A stretch of 64,000 nucleotides of DNA from Pirellula sp. (GCA_013822735.1 PNKZ01000006.1:117809-181808), one strand, 5' to 3'; positions 24,266 through 33,953 are shown, counted from the stretch's first letter. The notes: a model not told the origin generated them from the letters alone. A program made the numbers and translations.

Positions 24266-24550
24266 CTACGCGATTTCGTCGAGCAAGGCACTCAGAGCCT
24301 GGTCCATCTTGTCGGCCGTCTCGTAGCTGCCGTCGGCGATGGCGGCACGAATCGAGGCCACTCGATCCTGACGGATGTCAGGCACTTGGTTGACCTGGTC
24401 GACGAAGCTTGCCGCCGAGGTGGAAGACAATTGCAACTCATCTTGCGGCTGTAGGCTGCTTGCAGCCTGCGGGGCTTCCGTGGGCCGCGTATTGTGCGGA
24501 CCGGCAACCCCTTGAACTCCGTGAACGCCGCCTGCTCCGTAAATCTGCAT
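24266..24550 (-). CDS. flgM: Anti-sigma-28 factor FlgM
   Basis: C-terminal RVASIRAAIADGSYETADKMDQALSALLDEI is FlgM-typical. A strong SD (aggggagg) lies upstream. Confidence 0.75.
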   Translation of the reverse strand: MQIYGAGGVHGVQGVAGPHNTRPTEAPQAASSLQPQDELQLSSTSAASFVDQVNQVPDIRQDRVASIRAAIADGSYETADKMDQALSALLDEIA

Positions 24551-25547
24551 GACAAACCTCCCCTAACTTCGGTCGCCGGCTCGAGGCGAATCTCTCGGCG
24601 TCGCCGGATCTAGCAACGCTTCGCCACGGCCAACAACACAACGGTGAATCCAACGCGAATCTGAACAAACGGTGATTTGGAGTAGCATCGCGCCAAAGGA
24701 ATCGACGAACCAATTCCGACGGCTGCGGGTAACTGTGGTGCGGGAAACCTGGAAACTGTCGGCGTTAGGGATCGCCCGACTCCGTTATCACCGGCCGGCC
24801 CTGACGGGGCCCTGGTAGATAAGACTTTTGGCCGATGAAACTTCGCGCGGTTAGAACACTCTCGCCGAACGGACTACTACGGGACTCGCTTACACAACCG
24901 ATTTGCATCGGCGCCGCTTCGTGTCACGTCCGTTCGACTGGCAGGCGCGAAAACTTCTCCGCCCTGTTCATCGTCCGGACTGCCGGGCCGATATCAAACT
25001 TCCTTGCTCAAAGACTCCTGTAACGATCTCGATCGTTTCGCCGACCCTAGGGCCGGCCGCCTCAGAAGCGTTCGGGCTTTCGCAAGCGTTGCGACCGACC
25101 GAAGTTCTAGGCTTCGGCCCGGCTGCGGGAGTCAACTTAACTCTTCGCACCGGACACTTCCTCCTACGGGACCACCTTACGGCTTGTTCGCATCGTAGCA
25201 AAAAAGATTGGCGTGCCGCCGGCCTTTCGGCATGTCGGCTCTGCAAGCTCATCTACTGCGAGGCGGCGAGAGTATAGAGAGCCGCAGGAAACGGCTCAAT
25301 ATCGGTCCGGCGGCGTTGCCGGCGATGCCCGCGACTGTACGTGAAATGCGTGCTTTTCCGACCAACTGCGTCACGCCTAAACGAACGATTTGCGAAACTT
25401 TGCGGGTTCCGCGTGGTTTAACCTAGCAGTCGCTGCCGGCGATCGAGCTTAGAGCTTGGAAGCCATTTCGAACCGCTTATCGACCTCGCGGCGGCGACGC
25501 GCGACAAACTCTCCACGCCCCTCGGACATTCTTATAGGACCTCTCGC

Positions 25548-26852
25548 ATGCAAAACTGGCTACGCAAACTCCTCACTGCCGGATCGCTGGCGGCCGTGCC
25601 CGCCTGGGGAGCTTTTCCAGCCCTGGGCCTCGCACAAGACGCCGGCCCGCGAGGCGGAGAATCTGCGTCGATCTTCAAAAAGCTTGACGCCAACTCCGAC
25701 GGCAAACTCACCAAAGACGAGATCCCGGACGAACAACGCCGTCTCTTCGAGCGCTTGGTGGAAACGCAAGACAAGAACAAAGACGGCGAACTGACGGAAG
25801 CGGAATTTGCCGCCGGACTCAGCGAAGGTCGGCCGCGCGGCGAAATGCCGGCCGGCGGCCCGGGTGGACCCGGCGGACGCCCCGGCATGGGCGGACAGTT
25901 TAATCCTGAAGAGATCTTCCGTCGCGCCGATCGCAACGGCGACGGCAAGCTCACCGTCGAAGAATTGCCGGAAGAGCGCCGCGAAGGGTTCCGCATGATG
26001 CTCAGCCGTGCCGACGCCGACAAGGACGGCGCCGCTTCGCTCGATGAATTCCGCCGCGGCTTCGGCGGCGCCGGAGCACCGCGACCGGGCAACACTCCGC
26101 CCGGCGCGCCGCAAACCGGACGGCCGAACTCCGCCGGTGCACCCGGTCGTCCCGGCGAACCCGGCATGCCCGGCATGGCGCCTCCCGGCGGCGGGTTAAT
26201 TGCCGCGCTCGACAAGGACCGCAACGGCGAACTCTCCGCCGACGAAATCGCCGCGGCGACCGATGTCTTGAAGAAGCTCGATCGCGACGGCGACGGCAAG
26301 CTAACGCAACGCGAATTCATGCCGCCTCGCCCGGAAGGCAACAACACGGCTGCGGGCATGCAAGGTGGAACAGATCGCTTTATGGCGTACCTCATGCAGC
26401 AAGATAAGAACGGCGACGGTAAGCTCAGCAAAGAAGAAGCCCCCGAGCGCATGCGCGAGAACTTCGCACAAGTCGACGCCAACGGCGACGGCCAAGCCGA
26501 TGAGAAGGAGCTTCGTCAAATGGCCGAGCGATTCACGCGCGGCGGCGGCGGTCCGCGTCCTGAAGGTCGGCCGGAGGGTCGCCGACCCGAGGGAGATCCG
26601 GCGATGCGTCGCCCGCAAGAAGATCGCCCCGATAGCGCCCGCCCCGAAGGTTCGCGCCCGGATGGTGAACGTCGGGAAGGCCGGCGTCCGGAGAACGGCG
26701 ATCGCCCTGAAGATAAGTCGGCCGACGAAAAGGGACCTGACCGTAAACCGGACGGCAATAAGGCCGCGACGGACAAGGGAGACAAACCTGCCAAAGAAGA
26801 CGCACCTGCGAAAACGGCAGTCCCCAAGAAAGAGAACGCACCGAGCAAATAG
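25548..26852 (+). CDS. Secreted multi-EF-hand calcium-binding protein with a charged RPEG-repeat C-terminal tail
   Basis: Signal peptide plus 8 canonical DxDxDG loops (DANSDGKLTKDE, DKNKDGELTEAE, DRNGDGKLTVEE and others). Confidence 0.8.
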   Translation: MQNWLRKLLTAGSLAAVPAWGAFPALGLAQDAGPRGGESASIFKKLDANSDGKLTKDEIPDEQRRLFERLVETQDKNKDGELTEAEFAAGLSEGRPRGEMPAGGPGGPGGRPGMGGQFNPEEIFRRADRNGDGKLTVEELPEERREGFRMMLSRADADKDGAASLDEFRRGFGGAGAPRPGNTPPGAPQTGRPNSAGAPGRPGEPGMPGMAPPGGGLIAALDKDRNGELSADEIAAATDVLKKLDRDGDGKLTQREFMPPRPEGNNTAAGMQGGTDRFMAYLMQQDKNGDGKLSKEEAPERMRENFAQVDANGDGQADEKELRQMAERFTRGGGGPRPEGRPEGRRPEGDPAMRRPQEDRPDSARPEGSRPDGERREGRRPENGDRPEDKSADEKGPDRKPDGNKAATDKGDKPAKEDAPAKTAVPKKENAPSK

Positions 26853-26947
26853 CCGGCAATAACTGCCTGCGAAACGAGCATCGGTCGGGCCGTGGTTGCA
26901 GCGTAAAATCGCTCGACGGTTCGATTCTGCAACACCTGTCTGGAAAG

Positions 26948-26988
26948 CCGTGCGGCATGCGTAAAGCGTTCCGCAGGGCAATTTTTTT
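26948..26988 (+). terminator. Candidate rho-independent terminator (gccgtgcgg...ccgcagggc stem then aattttttt) downstream of the EF-hand gene
   Basis: Read directly. The stem has one mismatch. Confidence 0.35.
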
Positions 26989-27134
26989 GATTTCTGTGAC
27001 TTTAGGGGTGAACCTGAACCTGCGGGCTGCATCTAACGTAATAGATGCTGACAAGAAACATTTCGGCACGGAAATCGCTACTAGACGTAGAGGCAGCCGA
27101 AACGGCTTGTCAACCACAGGGGAGGCCCAAGACC

Positions 27135-27383
27135 ATGAGCCAAGACAACACCACACCGAACGAAGCTTTCCCGACCGATCCATCGGACCCCATGCCGCTC
27201 CCGGCCGCCCCTGCGGTGGCCGTCGAATCGGACGAATTTGAAGCCTTTGGGCTTTGGATGAATATTCAACTGTCGCAACTCGTGGCCCGTTGGAAACATC
27301 TGGCCGCTCCGGCCGCTACGGCCGGCACCTCGCTCGAAGGACGCAACAGCCGCAAGTTCGGCGCGCCGAAGAAGGCGAAGTAG
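27135..27383 (+). CDS. Small hypothetical protein (82 aa) with an SD-like ggggagg 9 nt upstream
   Basis: ORF in a 700-bp gap. Acidic N-terminus and basic C-terminus (GAPKKAK). I do not recognise any family. Confidence 0.4.
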   Translation: MSQDNTTPNEAFPTDPSDPMPLPAAPAVAVESDEFEAFGLWMNIQLSQLVARWKHLAAPAATAGTSLEGRNSRKFGAPKKAK

Positions 27384-27553
27384 CTCGCAGACGACAATCC
27401 AACGCAGCGTGCGGCGGGGCTTTTGCCCCGCCGTCTGCATTTGTGGAACACGTCGCCTTTCAAGTTGAGATCCGGCGGTACTCCTGTTCGCCGACTTGCA
27501 TTCGCTCTCGCTGCGTCTTAGTCTCTTGCGGTTCCCCGCTTCGCGCGTCGCTT

Positions 27554-28645
27554 ATGACGCTCCCGCCTCGGAGACTTCGCATGCGTCACTTGCTTCACCG
27601 CTCATATTTGCTTCGCGTCACACCTGCTTTCATCGCCGCTTGGGCGCTGGTCGCCGCGCAACCAATTATTGGTAGTGCCGCCGACCAATCTTGGCCCACC
27701 CCCCAGTGGCAGACCGCCAAGCCGGAAGACGTCGGACTCAATCCGGAAAAAATCGCGAAGGTCGGCGAGCTGCTGAAAGCCAGCGGCGCGAAGACCGGAC
27801 TCGTCATTCGCCAAGGCAAGATCGCCGGCGAATGGTACTTCGACGGCGCCTCGGCCGACACCAAGCTGCTCGTCTACAGCACTTCGAAATCGTTCGCCTC
27901 GACGGCGGCCGGCCTGGCAATCGCCGACGGCAAGCTCGGGCTCGATTCCAAGGTCGGCGAATTTCTGCCCGACGTGAAGCCGGCCAGCAAGCGCGACGTC
28001 ACCGTGCGACAGATCATCAGCATGGATACCGGCGTCCACAACAACCCGCAACTGCCGACAATGGACAAGCGGTTCAGCTACGCACTTAATGAAGCCCCCA
28101 TGGATTTCGAACCGGGCAAAAAATGGGACTACAACAATACGGGCCTGGCGCTGCTCGGCCCGGTGCTGAAGCAGGCGACGGGGAAGCAAGTCGACGAGAT
28201 CTTGGCTGATAAGGTGTTCAGCCGCATCGGCATCGGCGAGAGCGATTGGACTTGGGACAAGAACGAAGACCTAAGCCTGCCGTATAGCGGGCTGCACATC
28301 ACCGGCCGCGGCCTGGCCCGTTTCGGCCTGCTGTTTCTCCGCGGGGGCAAGTGGCAAGACGAACAAGTCGTCCCGGCCGCCTGGGTGAAGGAAGCCGTCG
28401 GCCCGTCGCAAACGATGAACCCCGAATACGGCTACCTCTGGTGGAACAACACGACCGGCAAGAAGCTCCCCGGCACCCCTACCGACTCCTACGCCGCTCT
28501 CGGCAAATTCGCAAACAACATGTTGATCGTGCCGAGCCTCGACCTGATCGTGATCCGCCAAATCGGCGAAGACTCGCAACCGGCCCGCAAGTTCGACATG
28601 AACGCGATCTTCAAAACGGCCTGCGACGCAGTGGAGCAAAAGTAG
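27554..28645 (+). CDS. Secreted serine hydrolase, beta-lactamase/transpeptidase-like fold
   Basis: S-x-x-K motif YSTSKSF, plus an N-terminal signal peptide. Confidence 0.75.
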   Translation: MTLPPRRLRMRHLLHRSYLLRVTPAFIAAWALVAAQPIIGSAADQSWPTPQWQTAKPEDVGLNPEKIAKVGELLKASGAKTGLVIRQGKIAGEWYFDGASADTKLLVYSTSKSFASTAAGLAIADGKLGLDSKVGEFLPDVKPASKRDVTVRQIISMDTGVHNNPQLPTMDKRFSYALNEAPMDFEPGKKWDYNNTGLALLGPVLKQATGKQVDEILADKVFSRIGIGESDWTWDKNEDLSLPYSGLHITGRGLARFGLLFLRGGKWQDEQVVPAAWVKEAVGPSQTMNPEYGYLWWNNTTGKKLPGTPTDSYAALGKFANNMLIVPSLDLIVIRQIGEDSQPARKFDMNAIFKTACDAVEQK

Positions 28646-28657
28646 CGAGGCCTTGAT

Positions 28658-28787
28658 TCAACCACGGAGGCACGGAGAACACGGAGTTGGGCGCAGTTTG
28701 CGAATATAAGCAAGTCCCACCCTGCTTCTCTTTGCGATCGGAAGTCTTTGTTCCGTCTCCGTGCACTCCGTGCCTCCGTGGTGAATC
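28658..28787. repeat. CACGGAG-heptamer inverted-repeat element (family A, copy 2): caaccacggaggcacggagaacacggag ... ctccgtgcactccgtgcctccgtggtgaat, ending 4 nt before the ATG at 28791
   Basis: Read directly. Confidence 0.6.
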
Positions 28788-28790
28788 TTT

Positions 28791-30293
28791 ATGCCTTCCC
28801 TAGTAGCGTTAGCCACGCTCGACTACGTGGTCGTCGTCGCCTATCTCTTGGCGATGCTCTACCTCGGCGCGCTCTTTTCGCGCCGGCAGGAAACGAGCGA
28901 CGAATACTTTCTGGCGAGCCGGAGCATTCCCTGGTTCGCCATCGGCCTGAGCATCATCGCCACGCTCATGTCGAGCCTGACGTACGTCTCCGAGCCGGGG
29001 GAGGTGTGGAAGTCCGGCATTACGAACATGCTGGGAAAGATGCTGGCCATTCCGTTCGAAATGGCGCTCGTTTGGCTGGTGTTCATTCCGTTTCTTACGA
29101 AGCTGCGCTACACCTCGGCCTACGACTACCTTGCCGACCGCTTCGGCCCGAGCACGAAATGGCTCGGAATCGCCCTCTTTCTCTGGCTCGCCGTGGCCTG
29201 GATGGGCTTCATCGTGCTCGTTTCGAGCCGGATTCTCGCCGTGGCTTCGGGGCTCGATCTCACGCTCGTCGTTCTCACGGTCGGCGTCGTCGCCACGGTT
29301 TATACCGTCGCCGGCGGATTGAGGGCCGTCATTTGGACCGACGTGGCGCAAGTCGTCTTGATGCTCGGCGGTGCGCTGATGACCATCGGGTACGTGGCGA
29401 TCCATACATCGAGCACTCCCGCCGACTGGTACGACCTCGTCGTCACGAAGCATTCCACGAAGCAACTCGAATGGTACAGCTTCGACCCGTTCACACGGTC
29501 GACCATTCTCACCGTCGCGCTCAATATGTTCGTCTGGCACATCTGCACGCACATCGGCAACCAAATGACGGTGCAGCGTTACTTCTCGGCCGGCTCGTTA
29601 GCCGCGGCCCGCAAGAGCTTCGTCGTCGGCTCGCTGACCGGCGTCGTGATCAATCTGCTGCTGCTTGTCGTCGGCCTGGCGCTTTATTTCTACTACCAAG
29701 GGGAGGCGAAGCCGGAAGGAGTGACGCCGACCGGCAAGGAAGCCGACATGATCTTTCCGCTCTTCGCGATGCACAGACTTCCCGCAGGGCTGGCCGGCGC
29801 GTGGATCGCCGCCATGCTCGCGGCCGCGATGTCGAGCATCGATTCCGGTATCAACTCCTCGGCGAGCGTGCTGACGGTCGAATGGCATCGGCACTTTCCG
29901 CATTCGCGCGAAGAAACGACCGGCGGCGGCATCCGCGGCGCGAAGTTGCTCACGTTTCTCCTCGGCGCGTTCACGACGGCCGCCGCCTTCGGCCTCGATT
30001 TCCTCACGCGCGATCGCAACATCATCGAAATGATGGGGCGCAGCTTCAATTGCTTTACGGGCCCGCTCGGCGGATTGTTTCTGCTCGGCATGTTCGTGCC
30101 GCGCTGCGGCAATCGCGCGGCGACGGCGGCCGGAATCCTCGGCACGGCCGTGAGCATCAGCATCGCCTTCAGCCAAGAAATTTTCGGCCTCGCGCAATCG
30201 ATCAGTTTCACCTGGGTGCAGCCGTGTGCGCTGGTTGCTACGCTCGTCATGGGCGTCTTGTTGAGCTTCGTCCCAGGCGAGCGGCCGAAGTAA
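28791..30293 (+). CDS. Sodium:solute symporter (SSS family)
   Basis: 13-14 TM segments and SSS-type motifs. The overlapping Arg-rich ORF 28748..30394 is rejected. Confidence 0.85.
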   Translation: MPSLVALATLDYVVVVAYLLAMLYLGALFSRRQETSDEYFLASRSIPWFAIGLSIIATLMSSLTYVSEPGEVWKSGITNMLGKMLAIPFEMALVWLVFIPFLTKLRYTSAYDYLADRFGPSTKWLGIALFLWLAVAWMGFIVLVSSRILAVASGLDLTLVVLTVGVVATVYTVAGGLRAVIWTDVAQVVLMLGGALMTIGYVAIHTSSTPADWYDLVVTKHSTKQLEWYSFDPFTRSTILTVALNMFVWHICTHIGNQMTVQRYFSAGSLAAARKSFVVGSLTGVVINLLLLVVGLALYFYYQGEAKPEGVTPTGKEADMIFPLFAMHRLPAGLAGAWIAAMLAAAMSSIDSGINSSASVLTVEWHRHFPHSREETTGGGIRGAKLLTFLLGAFTTAAAFGLDFLTRDRNIIEMMGRSFNCFTGPLGGLFLLGMFVPRCGNRAATAAGILGTAVSISIAFSQEIFGLAQSISFTWVQPCALVATLVMGVLLSFVPGERPK

Positions 30294-30478
30294 GTCGGCC
30301 TATATTCGCGACAACTCCTTCACAACCAGGGCCCTTACGGCCCCCGCTCGCCGCCGGGCGTTATTCTTTTGCCGGCAACCAGTTGCGTATTTAAGCTAAG
30401 ATTTGCGTCGTACCGGCGAATACCTCTTTGTGACCGGCGGTCTGGCGGCCGCTTCCTCGAAATTCGCGTCTCACCTCC

Positions 30479-31081
30479 ATGATTATCTTCTACTCGATCT
30501 GCGCCATACTCGGCTGCACCGTCTTGGCGTGCCAGTTTCTGCTCACGGTCACCGGCCTCACCGGAGCCGACGACCTGGAAGGAGGCGACGATCTCGGCGG
30601 CCACGACGTCGGACACGATGTCGATCATGGTCACAACGGCCACTCGCATACGCACGGCAGCAATTGGTTCTTCGGCGTCATTTCGTTTCGCACCATCACC
30701 GCGGCCATGGCCTTCTTCGGTCTCACCGGTTTGGCGATGAACGCGAGCGACGTGGCACAATGGCCGGGCCTCGCCGTCGCCGCGGGGGCCGGCGTGGCTT
30801 CGATGTACCTCGTGCACTGGATGATGCGTTCCCTCTCGCTGCTGCGAGCCGAGGGAACGACGCGCATCCAAGATGCCGTCGGCGCCGTTGGTACGGTTTA
30901 TATCAAGATTCCGGGCCGACGCTCCGGCCACGGCAAGGTGCAAATCACCCTGCAGAGCCGAACGGTCGAACTTTCCGCCGCAACGGCCGACGACCCACTC
31001 CCCACGGGAGCTAGGATTGTTGTGACAAAAGTAGTCGGCCCCGACGCCGTCGAAGTCGCCCCTGAAGCCGTCGGTGTCTGA
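30479..31081 (+). CDS. NfeD-like membrane protein (OB-fold C-terminal domain) with a His-rich stretch GHDVGHDVDHGHNGHSHTHG
   Basis: TM segments followed by a C-terminal beta-rich domain, and position directly upstream of the flotillin gene. Confidence 0.65.
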   Translation: MIIFYSICAILGCTVLACQFLLTVTGLTGADDLEGGDDLGGHDVGHDVDHGHNGHSHTHGSNWFFGVISFRTITAAMAFFGLTGLAMNASDVAQWPGLAVAAGAGVASMYLVHWMMRSLSLLRAEGTTRIQDAVGAVGTVYIKIPGRRSGHGKVQITLQSRTVELSAATADDPLPTGARIVVTKVVGPDAVEVAPEAVGV

Positions 31082-31085
31082 TGGG

Positions 31086-31190
31086 CAAATGCCGACTACA
31101 GACTGCCGAATGCTGAATTCCGGATGTTGAGAGTCGCGCTGCGCCTTATCTCATAATTCATAACTCACAACTCAAAACTCGTAACTCCCC
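31086..31190. repeat. Composite repeat: family B GAATGC motif (31086-31122) plus family C heptamer tract tcataattcataactcacaactcaaaactcgtaactc (31151-31190), ending at the flotillin ATG
   Basis: Read directly. Confidence 0.55.
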
Positions 31191-32810
31191 ATGACCATGC
31201 TCTTCGCTCAATCGATCAATCGCACTACGCCCGCTTCGTCGAGCGCCGCGATCTTCTACGCGGCGATCGCCGTCTGCGCCGCGCTCCTGTTCTTCAGCTT
31301 CGTCGTGCTGATTGTGAAGCGCTATCGACGCTGCCCGAGCAACCGCGTGCTGGTGATCTACGGTAAGGCCGGCGGCGGCAAAGCGGTCAAGTGTCTGCAT
31401 GGCGGGGCGACCTTCGTGTGGCCGCTCATCCAAGACCACGCCTACCTAAGCTTGGAACCGATTCAAATTGAGATCCCGCTACGCGGCGCCCTCTCGGCGG
31501 AGAACATCCGCGTGAACGTGCCGAGCGTGTTCACCGTCGCGGTCGGCACAATGCCCGAAGTGATGCAGAACGCGGCCGTGCGGTTGCTCGGCCTGAACCC
31601 GAAGCAGATCGAAAAGCAGGCTCAAGAAATCATCTTCGGCCAATTGCGGCAGGTGATCGCTTCGATGCGGATTGAAGACATCAACAAAGACCGGGATACG
31701 TTCCTCTCGCACGTGATGAATTCGCTCGAGCCGGAACTCAAGAAGATCGGCCTCACGCTGATCAACGTGAACATCACCGACCTCACCGACGAGGCCGGCT
31801 ACATCGACGCCATCGGCCAGAAGGCCGCCTCGCAAGCCATTCAACAAGCGCGCGGCGACGTCGCCGAGCAAGAGAAAATGGGCGAAACGCGCGTCGCCGA
31901 GGCGATGCGCGATCGGACGATTCAAATCTCCAACGCCGCCAAAGAAAAAGAAATCGGCACCAAGGAAGCGATGCGAGCGCAGTCGATCCGCCTCGCCGAA
32001 TTGGAGCGAGAACAGAAGGTCGGCGAGCAAACGGCCGCTTACCAGCGCGACGTGCAAGTGAAAGAAGCCGAACGGGAAATGCGCGTCCGCACGGCCGAAG
32101 CGAACGCCAAGGCGATCGAAGGAGAAAACACGGCCCAAGAGTTCGTCGCCGTGTCGAAGGCAAATCTCTCCGTGAAGCAGGCCGAAGCGTATCAAACAGC
32201 CGAAACGAAGAAGCGCGAGGCCGAAGCGGCCGTGCTCGAAGCGCAAAACCGGGCCATGGCAAAGGCGGCCCTTGCCGATGCCGAACGTGTGGAAGCCGAG
32301 CAACGTGCCGCGGTGGAAGCCCCCGCGAAGGCCGCCAAGGCGCGCATGATCGTCGATGCCGAAGCCACGGCCGAACGCGTGCGCATTGAAGCGGAAGGGC
32401 AAGCCGCGGCGATTTTCGCCAAGCTCGATGCCGAAGCCCGCGGGCAGTACGAGATCCTCGCGAAGAAGGCTGAAGGCTTGAAGATGCTGGTCGATAGCTG
32501 CGGCGGCTCGCGCGAAGCGTTCCAACTCTTAATGCTCGAGCACCTCGACCACCTCACCGACGCTTCGGCCAAGGCGATCTCGAACATCAAGTTCGACAAG
32601 ATCGTCGTCTGGGAAAACGGCGGCGAGAAGGGTTCGAGCACCGCCAACTTCCTGCACAACCTATCGCATACGCTGCCGCCGATGATGCAAGTAATGCGCG
32701 ACGTCGCCGGCATCGAATTGCCGGAATCGCTCCTCAAGATGCAACCGGACGCCGGCAGCCCCGTCGGCGCGGCAACCAGCGCACCGGTGCCGGAAGCGAC
32801 GACGGCTTAG
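31191..32810 (+). CDS. Flotillin/SPFH (band 7) family protein with a long coiled-coil EA-rich region
   Basis: N-terminal TM segment, SPFH domain, and an Ala/Glu/Lys-rich coiled coil. Confidence 0.85.
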   Translation: MTMLFAQSINRTTPASSSAAIFYAAIAVCAALLFFSFVVLIVKRYRRCPSNRVLVIYGKAGGGKAVKCLHGGATFVWPLIQDHAYLSLEPIQIEIPLRGALSAENIRVNVPSVFTVAVGTMPEVMQNAAVRLLGLNPKQIEKQAQEIIFGQLRQVIASMRIEDINKDRDTFLSHVMNSLEPELKKIGLTLINVNITDLTDEAGYIDAIGQKAASQAIQQARGDVAEQEKMGETRVAEAMRDRTIQISNAAKEKEIGTKEAMRAQSIRLAELEREQKVGEQTAAYQRDVQVKEAEREMRVRTAEANAKAIEGENTAQEFVAVSKANLSVKQAEAYQTAETKKREAEAAVLEAQNRAMAKAALADAERVEAEQRAAVEAPAKAAKARMIVDAEATAERVRIEAEGQAAAIFAKLDAEARGQYEILAKKAEGLKMLVDSCGGSREAFQLLMLEHLDHLTDASAKAISNIKFDKIVVWENGGEKGSSTANFLHNLSHTLPPMMQVMRDVAGIELPESLLKMQPDAGSPVGAATSAPVPEATTA

Positions 32811-32825
32811 CAGTCGTTTCGTCGG

Positions 32826-33923
32826 CTATGCCGTCAGGTCGAGGATGTGCAGCGGCGACCAGTTGCCCGGGTATTCCTCGCTGCCGTCCTTGCTCTTCAC
32901 CCGGCCGTTACCGGAGCTATTCGGATTCGCGGCCATCACCGCCATCCGCCGACCGCCCGGATGGATGCTCACGCCGTGACAATTCGAGAGCTTGCTCGTC
33001 TCGAAGTACGGCTTGGCCTCCCCCGGTTTGTGCAAGGCAAACTTGCCCGAGCCGGGATTGCCGCTCAGGACCAGGGCCCAATCGCCGCCGGAGAGAAACT
33101 GCAAGTCGTGGATGTAAACTTGCCCCGTGCCGAGATCGAGCAGTTTTGTTTGCTTGCCGCTCGCTACCTCGAACATCAGCAACGTCGGCGTCCCTTGCAC
33201 GTTGCCGCCGTTCTTCGGCTGCGTACCGCCGACGAGCAACTGCTTGCCGTCGGGCATGAATCGCAATAACCGCACGCCGCCCACATTCTGCAATCGGTCT
33301 TCCTTGGCGAGCACTTTCGCATCACACTCGCGCAAAATCTTTTGAGTTTTGACGTCCCAGAGCTTCACGCCGCCAAGAAGATCGCCCGACGCGAGCGTCG
33401 TGCCGTCGGGAGAAAAGGCGACGGCGAACACGTCTTCCGCGTGTCCGGGGAGGTCTGCAATTCGCTTGCCGGAGGCCGCGTCCCACAAGCGCACCGAGCG
33501 ATCGGCGCCACAGGTCGCAACGGTTTTGCCGTCGGACGAAACGGCGAGCGACCGCAGCCAGCCTGCGTGCGCATCGGCAATCGACCAAAGCGGCTTCGAC
33601 TCTTGCGAGGCATAGTCCCACGCGGAAAGCCGGCCCCACGAATCGCCCGAAAACAACCGCGAGCCGGTCGTTGCAAACTCCAACGCTCCGACCCAGCCGC
33701 CATGTCCCGTGTAGTGCGGCAAGGGCGTAAAGGCGTCGTCGGCCGCGGCGGCGTCCCAGCGGAAGACTTCGCCCGTCATCCCGCCGCCGACGAGCAACTT
33801 GCCGCACGGCGAAAATCGCGCCGTGCAAAGCTGATGTTTGTCGTTCACTTGCGTGACGACCACCGGTTCGCCCGGTTTGCCGACCGGCTTCTTCGGCGGC
33901 GTTTTTGTTTTTGCATCCGGCAT
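32826..33923 (-). CDS. WD40-repeat (beta-propeller) protein
   Basis: Repeated WD motifs GDSWGRLSAWD, ADRSVRLWD and GGVKLWD. Confidence 0.7.
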   Translation of the reverse strand: MPDAKTKTPPKKPVGKPGEPVVVTQVNDKHQLCTARFSPCGKLLVGGGMTGEVFRWDAAAADDAFTPLPHYTGHGGWVGALEFATTGSRLFSGDSWGRLSAWDYASQESKPLWSIADAHAGWLRSLAVSSDGKTVATCGADRSVRLWDAASGKRIADLPGHAEDVFAVAFSPDGTTLASGDLLGGVKLWDVKTQKILRECDAKVLAKEDRLQNVGGVRLLRFMPDGKQLLVGGTQPKNGGNVQGTPTLLMFEVASGKQTKLLDLGTGQVYIHDLQFLSGGDWALVLSGNPGSGKFALHKPGEAKPYFETSKLSNCHGVSIHPGGRRMAVMAANPNSSGNGRVKSKDGSEEYPGNWSPLHILDLTA

Positions 33924-33953
33924 GACTAACGACTCCACAAGCTGCGCGGTTCT

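Noticed and set aside
24727-24749. gggtaactgtggtgcgggaaacc, loosely resembling the RNase P RNA GGGUGAAAcGGUGCGGUAAGAGCGCACC core
   Set aside because: Other universally conserved RNase P blocks (GGAAAGUCCGGGCUCC, ACAGAACCCGGCUUA) are absent from the region on either strand.
26895-26925. GGTTCGATTC, a tRNA T-loop-like motif
   Set aside because: Flanking sequence cannot form a T-stem, acceptor stem or anticodon arm. No tRNA cloverleaf can be drawn.
28748-30394. 548-aa Arg-rich ORF
   Set aside because: It is an alternate frame of the well-supported SSS symporter (28791..30293). Composition is dominated by R/H/G/A.
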